64,000 bases of DNA from Octopus bimaculoides (taxonomy: Eukaryota), in the NCBI RefSeq assembly GCF_001194135.2, contig NC_068982.1, positions 180,502,862 through 180,566,861 on the forward strand, read 5' to 3'. This document shows positions 23,462 through 37,194 of this stretch, piece by piece (position 1 is the stretch's first letter; the number at the start of each line of letters is the position of its first letter). The notes under the pieces are model-generated. The model was not told where the DNA came from, did not search any database, and saw nothing but the letters and a program-made list of their open reading frames with translations. The translations under genes were made by a program, and so were the position numbers.

Positions 23462-26400
23462 AATAATAATAATAATAATGATTTTCCTTGAAATAATACT
23501 AATGTTCCGTGTTTCAGACACTGTTTTCTCTTTCGGTTTGTTGGAAATGCAACGAAAAGCTGTATCCGACAAATTAGTTGCTTAACAAATGCGATACAAA
23601 ATTAAATTATTATAGATCATACTTCCTGATACATTCTGGATATATGAATTGCAATGACCATGTAAAATCTACCACTGGACGCATTCAAATTTTCTGGAAT
23701 ATCCAGAATTTACCCTCACTTGGTGCCTGAGACTTGTTTTCGCAGGAAGTTATTAATTAGAGTTTAACACTTTATTGCTACAAACAAAAGGCATTGTAAA
23801 CTGATATCTTAGTCTTGGCATAGAAAATAATCAGATAAACAATACAAATATACTCTGTTGATAACTATCACACTTGTTGCAACATTACATTACTGTATTA
23901 GCTGGCGTTTTGATCGTTGCACAGATTACTCCAAATTGTGTATTCTAGAAAATTTGTTAAAGTATGCATGTCACTAGAACGTCCACTTAAATGAGAAGGA
24001 GCAGCATACTCCTACACTTAATCATATGTTTAAAAACTACATATCTTGCATAGTTCGTACAAAGGAGGTGGTACTGTGGCATAGCCTGACAGCGAACCTA
24101 ATATTTAAAAAGCTGTTTTAGACAGTTATTCACTGATGCGTTTATATGTATATTTAAATAGAGTGTGTAAATCGGAGTCTCTTCAACTAATGTCAATTGA
24201 ACTTATCTACGTAATCTACACGATCCTCAGTCTTCGAAGAAATAACAACCAAATATCCCCCAAGCAGCACGCGACTGACCTGAAAAGAATAGGAAATTGA
24301 ATAATGCAGTCTGAGATAAAGAATATCTGAAATAAAAAGTGGGATGCTGCGTGCTAGAATGTCATAGTTCTGCTCCCTCCTTGTAACCTTGGGGTAAGTA
24401 ATAAAGAGAAGAAAATATGCCATTAGCCATTATTAATCCTGACCAGGTTCTAATGCACATGCAATGACTGTGATATGACTATCCGTATCTACAGGACAAC
24501 TTTCTAGCTATTACCTATAGCTAGGTTAAATATAAAATATATCCGGTGACATACTATACAACAAAATTCTTATCTTCGGATAAACATTATTAGCAGGAAG
24601 GAACTCATAACCAATAGTTAGTTAATCCAATATATATGACATCAATTCATCTCAGACTCATATTAGCAGGAACTGTATCTTCAAGACGAGCCTTTCTGTT
24701 CTGAGTTAAGAAATACTTTACTTCTGAATCCGCAAATATTTACAAAGTAAGCGTCATCAACTTCTGAGAGATCATTGCTGTAGCTACACGCAGTAGCATT
24801 CCAATTCGTATGTAAAATAAAGACACCCGAGTGACTGGCTCAGTCACCAATTATTCTACCGTAACAGTCTCTGCGCTTTAGAACCTGTTATTATATTACC
24901 TACGCCCAAAACTACCTGACCTATAACCCAATCCCTATTCTAATTACATTTTCTCTGAGAACATCATTCGATCTTCCTGCTGATATTGACTCCGGATGGG
25001 ACTATTCATTTGAAATCTATAGAATTAATGCAAATCACTTACAAGATGAGATGATGTAATTAGAAACTATGCAGCTCCCAGCAGTTTTCTGAATTGATAA
25101 TTGGCAATTTAGAAAGTAAAGTGCAGCATTGTTTTCAAGTTTGTATGGTTGAGCCTAATATTGTACATGTGTGGGCAATTACTCTTGTTGCTTTTTAATC
25201 CCAGGTCAACTTAATGAAACGAAGATTAAAAGTATTTCCCGTACGATTATTCAGTGTTGTTTTCAAAGTGTATTGGATAACAATATCTGTTTTCTTCCTG
25301 TTCTTGCTTGAGAGTGTAGAACGTGATTCCAGAGAGAGTCGTCTGCTATTTCTAGTTGTATGAGCGATGGAATAGAGGCTCTCTCGTTTGTTTCTGTATA
25401 GTAAAATCTTTTCATTGATATCTGGCGACACTCTCTAGGGTGTCTTTTGAAATCTGATTGATATCTGGCGACACTCTTTTGAAATAAAATTTTACATTTG
25501 GTGATATTATTTCTATATTTCTTTTAAATAAGGAAGTTGGAGTTCATATTTCACAATATTTTTCTAACCTTGTTTAACTCCTACTCAACAAACACATTAC
25601 AAACTTCAAGGTCATTTATTAGTATAGACATGCAAAACTTTCATGTTTTTTCATTCTTTCCCGCCATGTAGTGCCAAGGAATTTTAGTACTTGGAAGTAC
25701 TTGACGATACACCGCTCGAATGTTAATTTTTATTTTAGCCAAATGTATAAGAATTCCTGTAATATTCAGAATGCCACTGTACTTAAGATGTTTATAGCAT
25801 GAGAATGATGGCTTACGACATATTTAAATGTGATATATCCTCATGATAATGATGATAATGCAGAACGATCGAGATAATACTGTCAGCATGCATATCTGAG
25901 TTATTCTGAAATAGCAGTAGCATAACATTAAAACGGAAACACTCGTGGTCTAAATAGTTATCTCTATCAGCTGCTTGTTTCTAATTTGTTGTTAACAATT
26001 CAACTTATATTCATTGCATACTCATTGATAGAGGACTAAATGGTTGTCTAATTAGTAACTACGAAGATAAAAGCCAGTGGTATCATGCATACACACAGAT
26101 AATGACAGAAGAATGTTCACTTCCTTTATAAGAAATAATAGATAGTTGTTCCTCAAATTGTATTCTAGCATACTAAAAAATGAAAGACTATTTTGCGATA
26201 CACAATATATGAAAAACAAAAGCGGATTACTGTTGTAAGACTTCAAACAAATATTATGTAATATTATACAGTACCAAATGAAATAAATAATCACTGTATG
26301 TGCATATAGCATATATAATTAATTCGATGCAATGATGAAACAATATAAAATATGATATTTATTATACCTAAATCAATAATATATAAAATATATAATAATT

Positions 26401-26607
26401 ACAACAATAGATAATGTAACACAAAATACAAACCTGGAAGGACTTACCAAAAAAGAAACTGTACAAAAGTGTTTAAAATATATAATGATTACTTGTAATG
26501 ATTTGATTAGCGTATTAGAAGACATTCAATATATACTGTACGCTGAATAATATCTATAAAATATCTTATACTAAATAGAACAGTAATAAGACAGTTATCT
26601 TTGTTCG

Positions 26608-26808
26608 TTTACCTTTTACTTGTTTGAAGGATCTGATCGTAGCCATGCTGGTGCACCGATTTAAAAAGACTTTTTAGTAGAACGAATCGACCCCTGTACT
26701 TATTGCTTCTTTTCAAGCCTGGTACTTATCCTATCGGTCTGTTTTGCCGAGCCGTCAAGTTACGTAAAGACACCAACACTGGTTATGAAGCGGTGGCAGG
26801 ATGGACAT
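26608..26808 (-). mobile_element. Family B SINE 3' half
   Basis: GCCATGCTGGTGCACC...AATCGACCCC...GGTACTTAT...TTTTGCCGAGCCGTCAAGTTAC is the reverse complement of 30800-30930. Confidence 0.8.
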
Positions 26809-27239
26809 ATTGGTATAATAGGAGACACTAAGTATATACACTAAAAGAAAATATATAATAAATATATAGTAATCGATGTGAAAACATATGTAATGTTTAT
26901 GACAATGGGTGCCATAACAAATAAAAATAGAATTGGTGCGTAAGTATAGGCGTACGGAGTAACGAGTTCTCGAAATTAAAGTATTTAAGACTATCCAAAA
27001 TAAATAAAATAAATACATAAATAACCAAAAATCAGACATTTAACAGTTGAGATGGAGGTATCTAAATATTTTTAACGGTCTACCAAGTAATATGCATGAT
27101 TTGATAGAATGTACCACACTTTCGTCAATTGTTTACATGCTTATGTAATTCCGAGTCACGAGCAGCTACACCCCCCCCCCATCTTTACTCTGCAGAACAT
27201 CGAAGATGCGGAAGCTGGATGGAGAAATAGTTGCATCAC

Positions 27240-27370
27240 CATTAGGCTGGTACACATTTTCCACTCAGCCGACTAAGGCAATGTTGGACAAAATGCGCCA
27301 CCCGCTCCATGAATCGAAATTACAACATAATGATTGTTAGTTTGACACCCTAACCACTAGATTACACATC
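27240..27370 (-). mobile_element. Degenerate SINE, probable third family
   Basis: GGCTGGTACACATTT...GAATCGAAATT...CACCCTAACCACTAG: reverse tRNA-like A and B boxes. Confidence 0.5.
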
Positions 27371-27932
27371 CATTCTAAATGCTAAAGAGAATGACAATGG
27401 ATCTTTTTCACAAGTGTAAGGGTAAACTATATTGCTCATGCTTATTTACAGAAAGACTTGCGATAAAAACACATATGTGCATATACTAACTCATCATACA
27501 CAAACATGGAAATACATTCAAACATTAGACATAATTATATGTTAGCGCCTTTCATTGAGAGTACGTGAATATACTCATTCTAAGAGGCTATCACGTAAAT
27601 CCTCACTATTATGAAGAGAGGAAAAAAAACTTATTTATAAATTTCTGACGTGAAGAGTTATTAAATAAAACCTTTAGAAATTGAAGTATGTGTCAATTCG
27701 TGTGCATTAAAAGTAATTATATAAACGTCTTGATAACAGCAGACACAGTTATAAAGAAATGACAGGAAATGTAATATGGACATTAAAAGTGATGACTTCA
27801 ATTTTTGTGATGATGTACTCATTGCAATAAAATTAGAACAACAAGTTAATTAAATAGTTAAATATTAGGTAACTGAAAGTTAATATTCAAATACATCATG
27901 ACTACGTAAACCAAGCACTGAACATAAATTCA

Positions 27933-27976
<44 letters not shown>

Positions 27977-28453
27977 NNNNNNNNNNNNNNNNNNNNNNNN
28001 NNNNNNNNNNNNNNNNNNNNNNNNNNNNNNNNNNNNNNNNNNNNNNNNNNNNNNNNNNNNNNNNNNNNNNNNNNNNNNNNNNNNNNNNNNNNNNNNNNNN
28101 NNNNNNNNNNNNNNNNNNNNNNNNNNNNNNNNNNNNNNNNNNNNNNNNNNNNNNNNNNNNNNNNNNNNNNNNNNNNNNNNNNNNNNNNNNNNNNNNNNNN
28201 NNNNNNNNNNNNNNNNNNNNNNNNNNNNNNNNNNNNNNNNNNNNNNNNNNNNNNNNNNNNNNNNNNNNNNNNNNNNNNNNNNNNNNNNNNNNNNNNNNNN
28301 NNNNNNNNNNNNNNNNNNNNNNNNNNNNNNNNNNNNNNNNNNNNNNNNNNNNNNNNNNNNNNNNNNNNNNNNNNNNNNNNNNNNNNNNNNNNNNNNNNTA
28401 TATCTATATATATATATTCGCATATACGTAAGTGTATTCGATAATGTATAGAA

Positions 28454-28513
<60 letters not shown>

Positions 28514-28899
28514 GTGTGTGTGCGTGTGTGTGAATTTGTGAAAGCTAAAATATACATCATCTCATATATATCAGACATAACTGAATGTTTTTTTTCACAC
28601 AAAAATGACTTAATTTGGTTTTACATTTCAGGAATAGCATTTTGTTTCTTCGATCAAAACAAGCAGAAGTTTCATTAGAAAAACTCAAAATAAAAGCATA
28701 TATGAAGTTTAGCTCTATTAAATGCCCCTACCTAATCGTACGAAGAAATAGAAATACACTTTAATAATATCTTCCTCAACGGTATGACAATTCTCCTAAT
28801 GTCCGATGGCGAATGCTATATATAACTAGGAATGAATGAAAAAATATCCTATGAAAGCATTTATAGCAGAGAACGCGTAATTTGATAGTATAACCAGGA

Positions 28900-30260
28900 T
28901 TTAAAAAATATTGATCCCCGAAAGTTCCACATACAATAATTCAATAGCCCACAATATGTTCCCTAACTATACTCACATTATCATTTAGGCTACTTGATTA
29001 GATGTCGAATGATATCCGTGCTGGTAATGTGAACACTCGATAACTATTAACAACGACCAGACGTTTCCACATCAACAGTGGTGTAGACTGCCTCCAAGTA
29101 AAACAAAAACACGGTTTATACACGATCAGCTGACTTATCTGTTTTCTTCCAAAGCATCTACTAACCATCAAAAGTAAAAGTGCAACCATGGATCAAGTCT
29201 GTTTATATGAAAAGCCGCACCTTGTCTTTGTCGCACAAAACTCCGGGCTCACCACACACCCCAGGTAATTCACAATTCGTTTTCACCCCAGAAATTCAGT
29301 TGGACATGCTTGACTCTGTTGCTTCAGCGTATCAGTGACAGATCTCCAAAACTACTGGTGCATGGTATATTATCTCTCAAATTGAAGAGTATGATTTTAT
29401 AATCCACAAACAGGTAGTACTCAAAATTATGTGATGCACAAACGGATAATGATACAGGTAAGTAATCGAGATATGTCAACTGATACAGACTGTGAATGAA
29501 CTCCGACAATGTCACCACTACCTGCTAAAGTATCATAGTAATACTATTACCTATGCGATACAATATGGTGGTATGAACAATGCATTTAGTAGAAATGATA
29601 AAATCATATAAAAATACTGTGGTGTAAAAAGAATGTCATAACCATCACTTAAAATCGAAGATGACTTAGCTTGTAATATCATTTTGTTATTTCCAGTAGG
29701 TTCCTATCTGATCACGAACAGTTCCAATTACTCTTGTAATCTTTGAGGCAGCAAAACATCAGGATGTAACAAATGGAGGGAGGAAAGTTGGCATTAACAT
29801 TCGGGAAGTACACTTTTCTGCTGAGTAGACAAGAACAATGTGAAGTATCTAATTTGTTCAAAACTACATGTTTCAGGAATCAAAGCTGCGATCTTATGAA
29901 CCTTACTCTCTAACTGGTAGCTCATTCATATATAATTATGCAGAATACCGGTGATATGATTCTATCAAAACTTCGGTAAAATGTAAGCTTAAAAGAACTG
30001 AGATAATGATCTAAGACGGGAAAAGGCAAGCGTACGCTGTAACACCAAACATATGTTAACATTATTCTAAAGATGAGCGCAAAGAAAACAGCTGTGTCGT
30101 ACTAATGAGAACTCTGTATATACTCCACCTGGACTATGAACCAAAAGTCATAACAATGAATATTAGGGCACTGGGATACTTATCTAAATTCCTCAGCATC
30201 AGGCTTGAGAATATAGGCGTTGCAAGACAGGAGAGGACACGCTTGTCACGGAATCGTGAA
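28900..30260 (+). mobile_element. Decayed CR1/L2-type RT relic
   Basis: Scattered RT-like remnants, the clearest being RTLYILHLDYEPKV near 30110 (cf. YK.LVRPHLEY..VW). Confidence 0.4.
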
Positions 30261-30345
30261 GAGATGTAAAATGTTGCAATACATACATACATACATATAT
30301 ACATACATACATACATACACACATACATGCATATATACATGCATA

Positions 30346-30390
<45 letters not shown>

Positions 30391-30530
30391 ACACAGACAC
30401 ACACACATATATATATATATCAACAAAATATTCAAACATTGAGATTTGAAATCAGATGTCACTACTGTGGATAAATTTTAAAATTTATGATGTCACCAGC
30501 AGTGACACAGATGGAACTGTATATATATAT

Positions 30531-30950
30531 AGGCGTAGGAGTGGCTGTGTGGTAAGTAGCTTGCTTACCAACCACATGGTCCCGGATTCAGTCCCACTGC
30601 GTGGCATCTTGGGCAAGTGTCTTCTACTATAGCCTCGGGCCGACCGATGCCTTGTGAGTGGATTTGGTAGACGGAAACTGAAAGAAGCCTGTCGTATATA
30701 TGTATATATATATATATATGTATGTGTGTATGTGTTTGTATGTCTGTGTTTGTCCCCCCAACATCGCTTGACAACCGATGCTGGTGTGTTTATGTCCCCG
30801 TAACTTAGCGGTTCGGCAAAAGCGACCGAAAGAATAAGTACTAGGCTTCCAAAGAATAAGTCCTGGGGTCGATTTGCTTGACTAAAGGCGGTGCTCCAGC
30901 ATGGCCACAGTCAAAAGACTGAAACAAGTAAAAGAGTAAAAGAGTAAGAG
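30531..30950 (+). mobile_element. Well-preserved full-length family B SINE
   Basis: A-box TGGCTGTGTGG, B-box GGATTCAGTCCC, CORE-like CTTGGGCAAGTG, internal (TA)/(TG) tract, 3' domain AATAAGTAC...TGGGGTCGAT, and (GTAAAAGA) tail. It lies between (TA)n tracts. Confidence 0.93.
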
Positions 30951-31064
<114 letters not shown>

Positions 31065-31106
31065 CACACACACACATATATATATTTTCTATATATATGG
31101 ATAGAT

Positions 31107-31152
<46 letters not shown>

Positions 31153-32259
31153 ATCATATATAGAAGCATAAATGTAACCAAAGGTAAAGACATTGCCTAT
31201 ATTACTGCCAAGTGTAAGCGAATGATCTTTAGGTGCTAGCATTGCAATGATGGGTAGTTTCTCAGAACAAAACTTGCAGGAAAGGATTAAAAAGAAAGCG
31301 ATATGTATATAATGAGACTGATGAAGATATATTTGTGGTACCCGACAAAGTAAAAGGGAAGAGATCTGATATCCTTGTGTAGGCCTATATTCTAAAATCA
31401 AGTAGTTGTACGGAAGTCATCTGGCGACAAGATGTCAATGTCGTCTGAGTAGCATTGATGTTTAACTCAACAATTGCAATACCTGTTTGCACTGGTGCGC
31501 CAGGACATATACCGATCTACCTTGGTAAACCTATAGCTGATTCATGGAGAAAAGTTGCGATTCTTAGAAGGCTGTAGTTCCAAAATTCTTACGCTATAGG
31601 TGATCTATAGGTGATAACTATATGCAGGACAATATAAATCGACCAGATCTTTCTTAGAACTCAAAGGGTGAATAGTTACGTAGAAGAATGACGAAGCAAA
31701 GAAGCTTCTCTTTAAAAAATGAGGAAGTTAAAACAAACGTATGTATGATAGTTGACTGTAGAGGGAAAAAGAAAACAAACAAACAAACAAACAAATGAAA
31801 ATCGCCTCTTCACAAGTAATTTCATTTCCCAAAATAAGTGCAACACATACATTAGTGTACTGGTGTAAACACATACTTTAGTTTACAAATTGAGAAAATA
31901 ACCTATAAGTAAACAAAGTAACTGCCTTAACAAATAAGCAGACATCCAATTAATCACATAACTCAACAAATAATAAACTGGCAATTACGATTTAACTACT
32001 TACGAGAGAAACGAATGGAATAATAAGACAAGCTCACCGAATTATCTAGTTTCTAACTAGTAAATCAAGAGGTAGCTGTACAGAGTGATTAACAGTGTTA
32101 GTTAAAGTGAAATACGTCTTGATTAGGAGAAACTTCGTTAATATCTATTCCAATGAAACTACTTGAAACCTTGCATTACTGATGCTGTTATTCCACATCA
32201 TGACATCACTAGTCTGTTTCAATTACTATCCTGAAACACTGAGTACATATGTAAATATA

Positions 32260-32298
<39 letters not shown>

Positions 32299-32379
32299 NN
32301 NNNNNNNNNNNNNNNNNNNNNNNNNNNNNNNNNNNNNNNNNNNNNNNNNNNNNNNNNNNNNNNNNNNNNNNNNNNNNNN

Positions 32380-32435
<56 letters not shown>

Positions 32436-32444
32436 GTACACAGG

Positions 32445-33862
32445 TAAGTTTGAAGGTTGCCTAACGAAGATAGTTCTCACCAAATTGGAACAACACAACA
32501 GTGTATTCCTTTTGGGTAATATTAAATTCTCCAATGTGGGATGGCCTGGGGGATAGATGCTCTCAAGAATGACACACCAGCAGTAAGCAGAGGTGGAGAC
32601 CCTGCTCCAACTGAACAAGGTTTTTCTTTCATGAAGCAAATTGTGCTCTATGAAAGAGAACCTCAACCGGTATTGACCTAAATGTCTCTCCACATCTGAC
32701 GTTCACATGAAACAGAAGCATTTCATTCCCATAGTGCAAGCCATGTAGGAGAAATCTGTCCCAGAGTGCAGGGCCAACGTGCACAAAAGCAGGATCCCTA
32801 GAGAAAGAAGATTCTTATGAGAAGTTGGACAAAGATTGCAAACCATCTGAGCAAGCACCCCAAAAGTGGCGCGAAGTCTCACCTGGAGAGAGCGCTGTTG
32901 GAGATTGAGAAAAGTCTACAATTTCACGAAAAGTACACAACAAGATAGGACCCCTCTTTCAAAAATATGGCTCCCTCACAAGAAACCCAATGACGATAAG
33001 TGAAATGCTTAACGTACAGTTTCAAAACGTGTTCGCTACAACTCTGGGTAAGTGAACAACCCAGCTGAATTCCTTCTCACTATGCCTATAACCAAAGAGG
33101 CGAAAATTGATTACATCAACATTAAAGAAGATGTAACACAGGCCATAGATGAGGTTGACACAAACTCAGCTGCTGGCCCCAATGGATTCGAAGCGGTCCA
33201 TCTCAAATCGTCCAAACGAACCCTTGAAAACCACTGCAGCTTCTTTTACAGAGCTTTCTTGCAAGTGGTAAGTTCCCAGTCAAACTGAAGGAGAGGATAA
33301 TATAGTCTACCCCTATGGGAGTAATCAGAAAACATGCTAAAAATTATACGACTATCTCTCTGACTTCACACATCAGGAATGTCATGGTACGAATATTCCG
33401 GAAGAAACTACTCGCCTTCTTTGAAGTAGATGATTTGCTGACTGACACCAAACCTGAATTTCGACCAGGTAGAAACTGCATAACACAGCTATTGAAACAC
33501 TACGACTGGGTGTTGAAACAGCTGCTAAAAGACTCAATGTGGATGTGATATATCTCCGCTTTACAAAAGCCTTTTAATAAAGTCAACCATGGTATTATAT
33601 GTCACAAACTGCGTGATTTTGGTATAGTCGGAAAACTTGGAGAGCGGCTGCATTACTTTCTAAAAGATAGACGTCAGGCAGTGGTGCCCAATGAGGGCCA
33701 CCTCAAAGGAAACAAATAGTAGTGTTCCACAGGGCACTATCTTAGGGCTATTGCTATTCCTTGAGGCCCTCTCAGACCTGCCCTCAGTTGCTCAGATAGC
33801 CACATTGCTAGTTATGCAGATGACGCAAAAGTCTCTCAGACAATACAAAATCCTGGAATTAT
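32445..33862 (+). mobile_element. CR1-clade LINE ORF2 with internal deletions (EN remnant, linker, RT)
   Basis: VFLLGNIKFSNVGWP (EN), SAAGPNGFEAVHLK, KNYTTISLTSHI, EFRPGRNCITQLL, SSVPQGTILGLLLF and SYADDAK. Confidence 0.92.
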
Positions 33863-34720
33863 TGGGTAAATTGTTGCCATTTATATTTTGAAATTTAGCG
33901 CATGCGCATTGTTTTTTAAAATTTTGTCGCCTACACAGTAGTTGTAGTGTCTGTTGGGAACCGTTTGTGAGAAAAACACCAACATGAGGCAATTCTGCCA
34001 GAAATTTGGAAACCACATGCAGTAGCGTTTTGCATTCGTGCCGGAAGTTCCAATACTAACATTTCAGAATGTTTGGGTGTCAATCTGAGAACAATGCAAT
34101 CTGAGGACATGTACCGAGAGTGATAAAAATAATATATCCAGTCAACATCATCATGGTGTTTGGAGTGATCACTAGTGATGGCGATGTTATGCCTCCATTT
34201 ATCTTCCCATACGGCCTCAGTTTCGTCACGAAGTCCTACATTAAGTGCCTGGAGGAAGTCGTGCTGCCCTGGGTCAAGATAGTGGCTGCTGGAAGACTGT
34301 ATGTCTGGCAACAGGACTCAACAGAATCCAGTCATGGCTGTCAGACAATTTCTGCGGTCACATCACTCTTAGCGTCTGGCCACCTAACTCCCCAGACTGC
34401 AACCACCTTGATAATTATATGTGGGGCGCAGTTGAGTAAAGGATCAACAAAATTCCTTTTAATACCAAAGATAAACTGAAGACAAAGAATATGGCAGCAT
34501 TCACGACTTAATCAAGGAGACCGTTCAGAAGAGTTGCAGCAGATACCAAAGTCGTCTGGAGGCCATGGTTGAAGCTAAAGGCGATTTTTTTGAATACAGT
34601 CACTCTTTAGTATTTCAAGATATATGTATGTAATTTTGGTAAATATATCTGTTAAAATCAGAGGTCAGCGTTATCTTCATTTTTGTGTAATTTAGACGAC
34701 GGTTTATTCACCTCACCCTG
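33862..34720 (+). mobile_element. Internally deleted maT/DD37D-type Tc1/mariner element
   Basis: MVFGVITSDGDVMPPFIF...YIKCLEEVVLPW...YVWQQDS and WLSDNF...WPPNSPDCNHLDNYMWGAVE. The right TIR ends TTATTCACCTCACCCTG-TA (34720); the left TIR is truncated. Confidence 0.85.
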
Positions 34721-34769
34721 TACATACATACATACATACATACATACATACATACATACATACACACAA

Positions 34770-34820
<51 letters not shown>

Positions 34821-34879
34821 TATATATGTATACACTAAGATAAACACTACAAAATTAATAATAATCTGACCAGAATATT

Positions 34880-35140
34880 AGAAAATGAAGACAATGTTGA
34901 TCTTTGGGACTTCAGAATTCATACTGGTCAGTTTATTAGACTGGTTATTGTGGTGAAAAATCACATTGACAAAACAGGTTTGCTCATTCATATGTCATCT
35001 CCACCAGACGGCAACATCTTTGTATAAACGTATGAAGAGTTAAGCAAATATAAGCAACTTGAAGTAAAAATCTCAAAAGTCTTGCATCTAAAAACAATAA
35101 TCAGGCACTTGATCATCAGAGCTTTGGTGGATAATATGAA
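34880..35140 (+). mobile_element. Second R4/Dong endonuclease-domain relic
   Basis: ENEDNVDLWDFRIHTG...IVVKNHIDKTGLLIHMSSPPDGNI...ELSKYKQLEVKISKVLHLKT parallels 13040-13380. Confidence 0.75.
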
Positions 35141-36283
35141 ATGGTACTCTATAGTATTTATACTATGATCAATTACCACGAAATCTCAAAGTGTCAGAAC
35201 TGCATAATGTTTTGTTATGGGTACAACTCATATCTCATGAAAGACAGTTAGCTGAGAACATATTTGAATTGTTTCGATTCTTTCAAAGACGCAAATGTTG
35301 CAAGAACCTTTTAACGAAATCTTATTTCTTAGTATTTGTTCTCCTTCCTCTAAAATATATCATTGCTACTCAGAAATATTACTCACTGTCAAATGTATAG
35401 GTTGCTGTTTCTTGAGCACCTGCGTGAGACTTAGAATAACTAGACCAAAGCAAAGTGACAACAACGTTCTTGCTTTTCATAATCATCATTATAATTGTAG
35501 TCAGTGTCATCTTCGTCGACATCACCGTAACTATCTATTCAGCAATGTATGCCCTTAGATCATCTAACCTAGTACCCACGTAAGTCACTTCTTGAAATTC
35601 TATGTTGTCTTCGTTCCTTAGTAAATCTGAACAAGAAAATCACACAGGAGACATATATGTGTACTTCAGGGTAGTTCGTTGAGCATTTCCCTCGAACAAT
35701 TCCTCCAGTTCAATGCTTGAATCTTGTGGAATAACGAAAGATACGTTCGGAATCGAAAGGATTTGAACTCAGTGCAAAATGACAGGAACTAATATCCATA
35801 TGATCAACGAAGCTGCTAGCTCACTGCCTTAGTGTGTAAACAGTAACACGCAGAGTTCTCTTTGATGTTGCGCCGAGGAATGTATCACATGACAGAAAAG
35901 TAGATAATAACAAAAATTATATAATAAAATATACATTTATATATACATGTATATATTGTCATACATGTGCGTGTGTCTGTGCGTATGAATATATATATAT
36001 ATATANNNNNNNNNNNNNNNNNNNNNNNNNNNNNNNNNNNNNNNNNNNNNNNNNNNNNNNNNNNNNNNNNNNNNNNNNNNNNNNNNNNNNNNNNNNNNTA
36101 TATATATTCATATGTATGTATACATAGCTAATTGATTCATATATGCATTACAACATATATTTCAACTTATTTAGATCGCGAAGAATTTTTCACAGAAAAA
36201 GTGCTCTGTAATATACTTGAATGTATGTATATGTGTAACTGCATATACACACATACTTGCATGCAAATGTACATATATACATG

Positions 36284-36329
<46 letters not shown>

Positions 36330-36984
36330 TATATATATATATACGTATATGCGCATGTTAGGAAGTATATTTATGCCTGTGTACATATATATAAACACAC
36401 ACGCACAAACACGAATGTATAAATTTATGCGTATGAGTGCATACCTGTAAGTGGGTGAGTGTACATATATGCATATGTCTACTTTTCTGCATGTGAATAT
36501 ATTTGTTTGCGTAAAAGTAGAAAAAGAAGAAATATCAAAATAAAATGAAATCACAATGATGAAGACATATCAAGATGGAAATAAATGGCAGCTAACATGT
36601 AATTATGTTGGAGGACAGATGAAGTGGAGCAGATGGGAGGGGATGCAAGAGATCAAAGACACAGTTAATGGTATCCATAAAACTAAGTCAGCAATTAGTG
36701 TGTTTGTGTACAACTAGCTCACTGATGGTTGTCGCTTTGCCACTAATTTAAATCAATTAAGCCTAAAACATGCAAGACACATGAATATCGAATGGAGTTC
36801 TTGCACAAGAGTGTATTAAAATGTGCCCCTTGTCACATACGTCCATATATATAATATAATAAATGTGTGGTGTGTATAGATATATCCACATATATGTATA
36901 TACGTACAACTGTATATATTTATATATATATACACATACACCTATATGTGTAAATATTTATACCTCTCTCTTTCTATCTTTATC

Positions 36985-37014
36985 TATCTATTTATCTATC
37001 TACCTATCTATCTA

Positions 37015-37055
<41 letters not shown>
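36985..37055. repeat. (TATC)n(TGTC)n tetranucleotide repeat
   Basis: Direct reading. Confidence 0.95.
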
Positions 37056-37056
<1 letters not shown>

Positions 37057-37159
37057 CCCCCTCACACGCACGCACACATATATATTATATATAAGCATAG
37101 ATACACATATACTTGCAGACATATGGGAACGTATATCTATAATCTATAAACATATAAGC

Positions 37160-37194
<35 letters not shown>

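Noticed and set aside
25040-25450. 78-aa ORF and donor as a possible first exon
   Set aside because: FIKLTWD and its context resemble the D.KL.W motif of CR1 C-terminal regions.
25875-25890. TAATACTGTCAG, matching the miR-8/200 5' end
   Set aside because: No complementary arm nearby, and the 3' half does not match.
29185-29465. ACCATGG start with nearby GTAATT/GTAAGT donors
   Set aside because: Frames close quickly and the region is part of a decayed RT relic.
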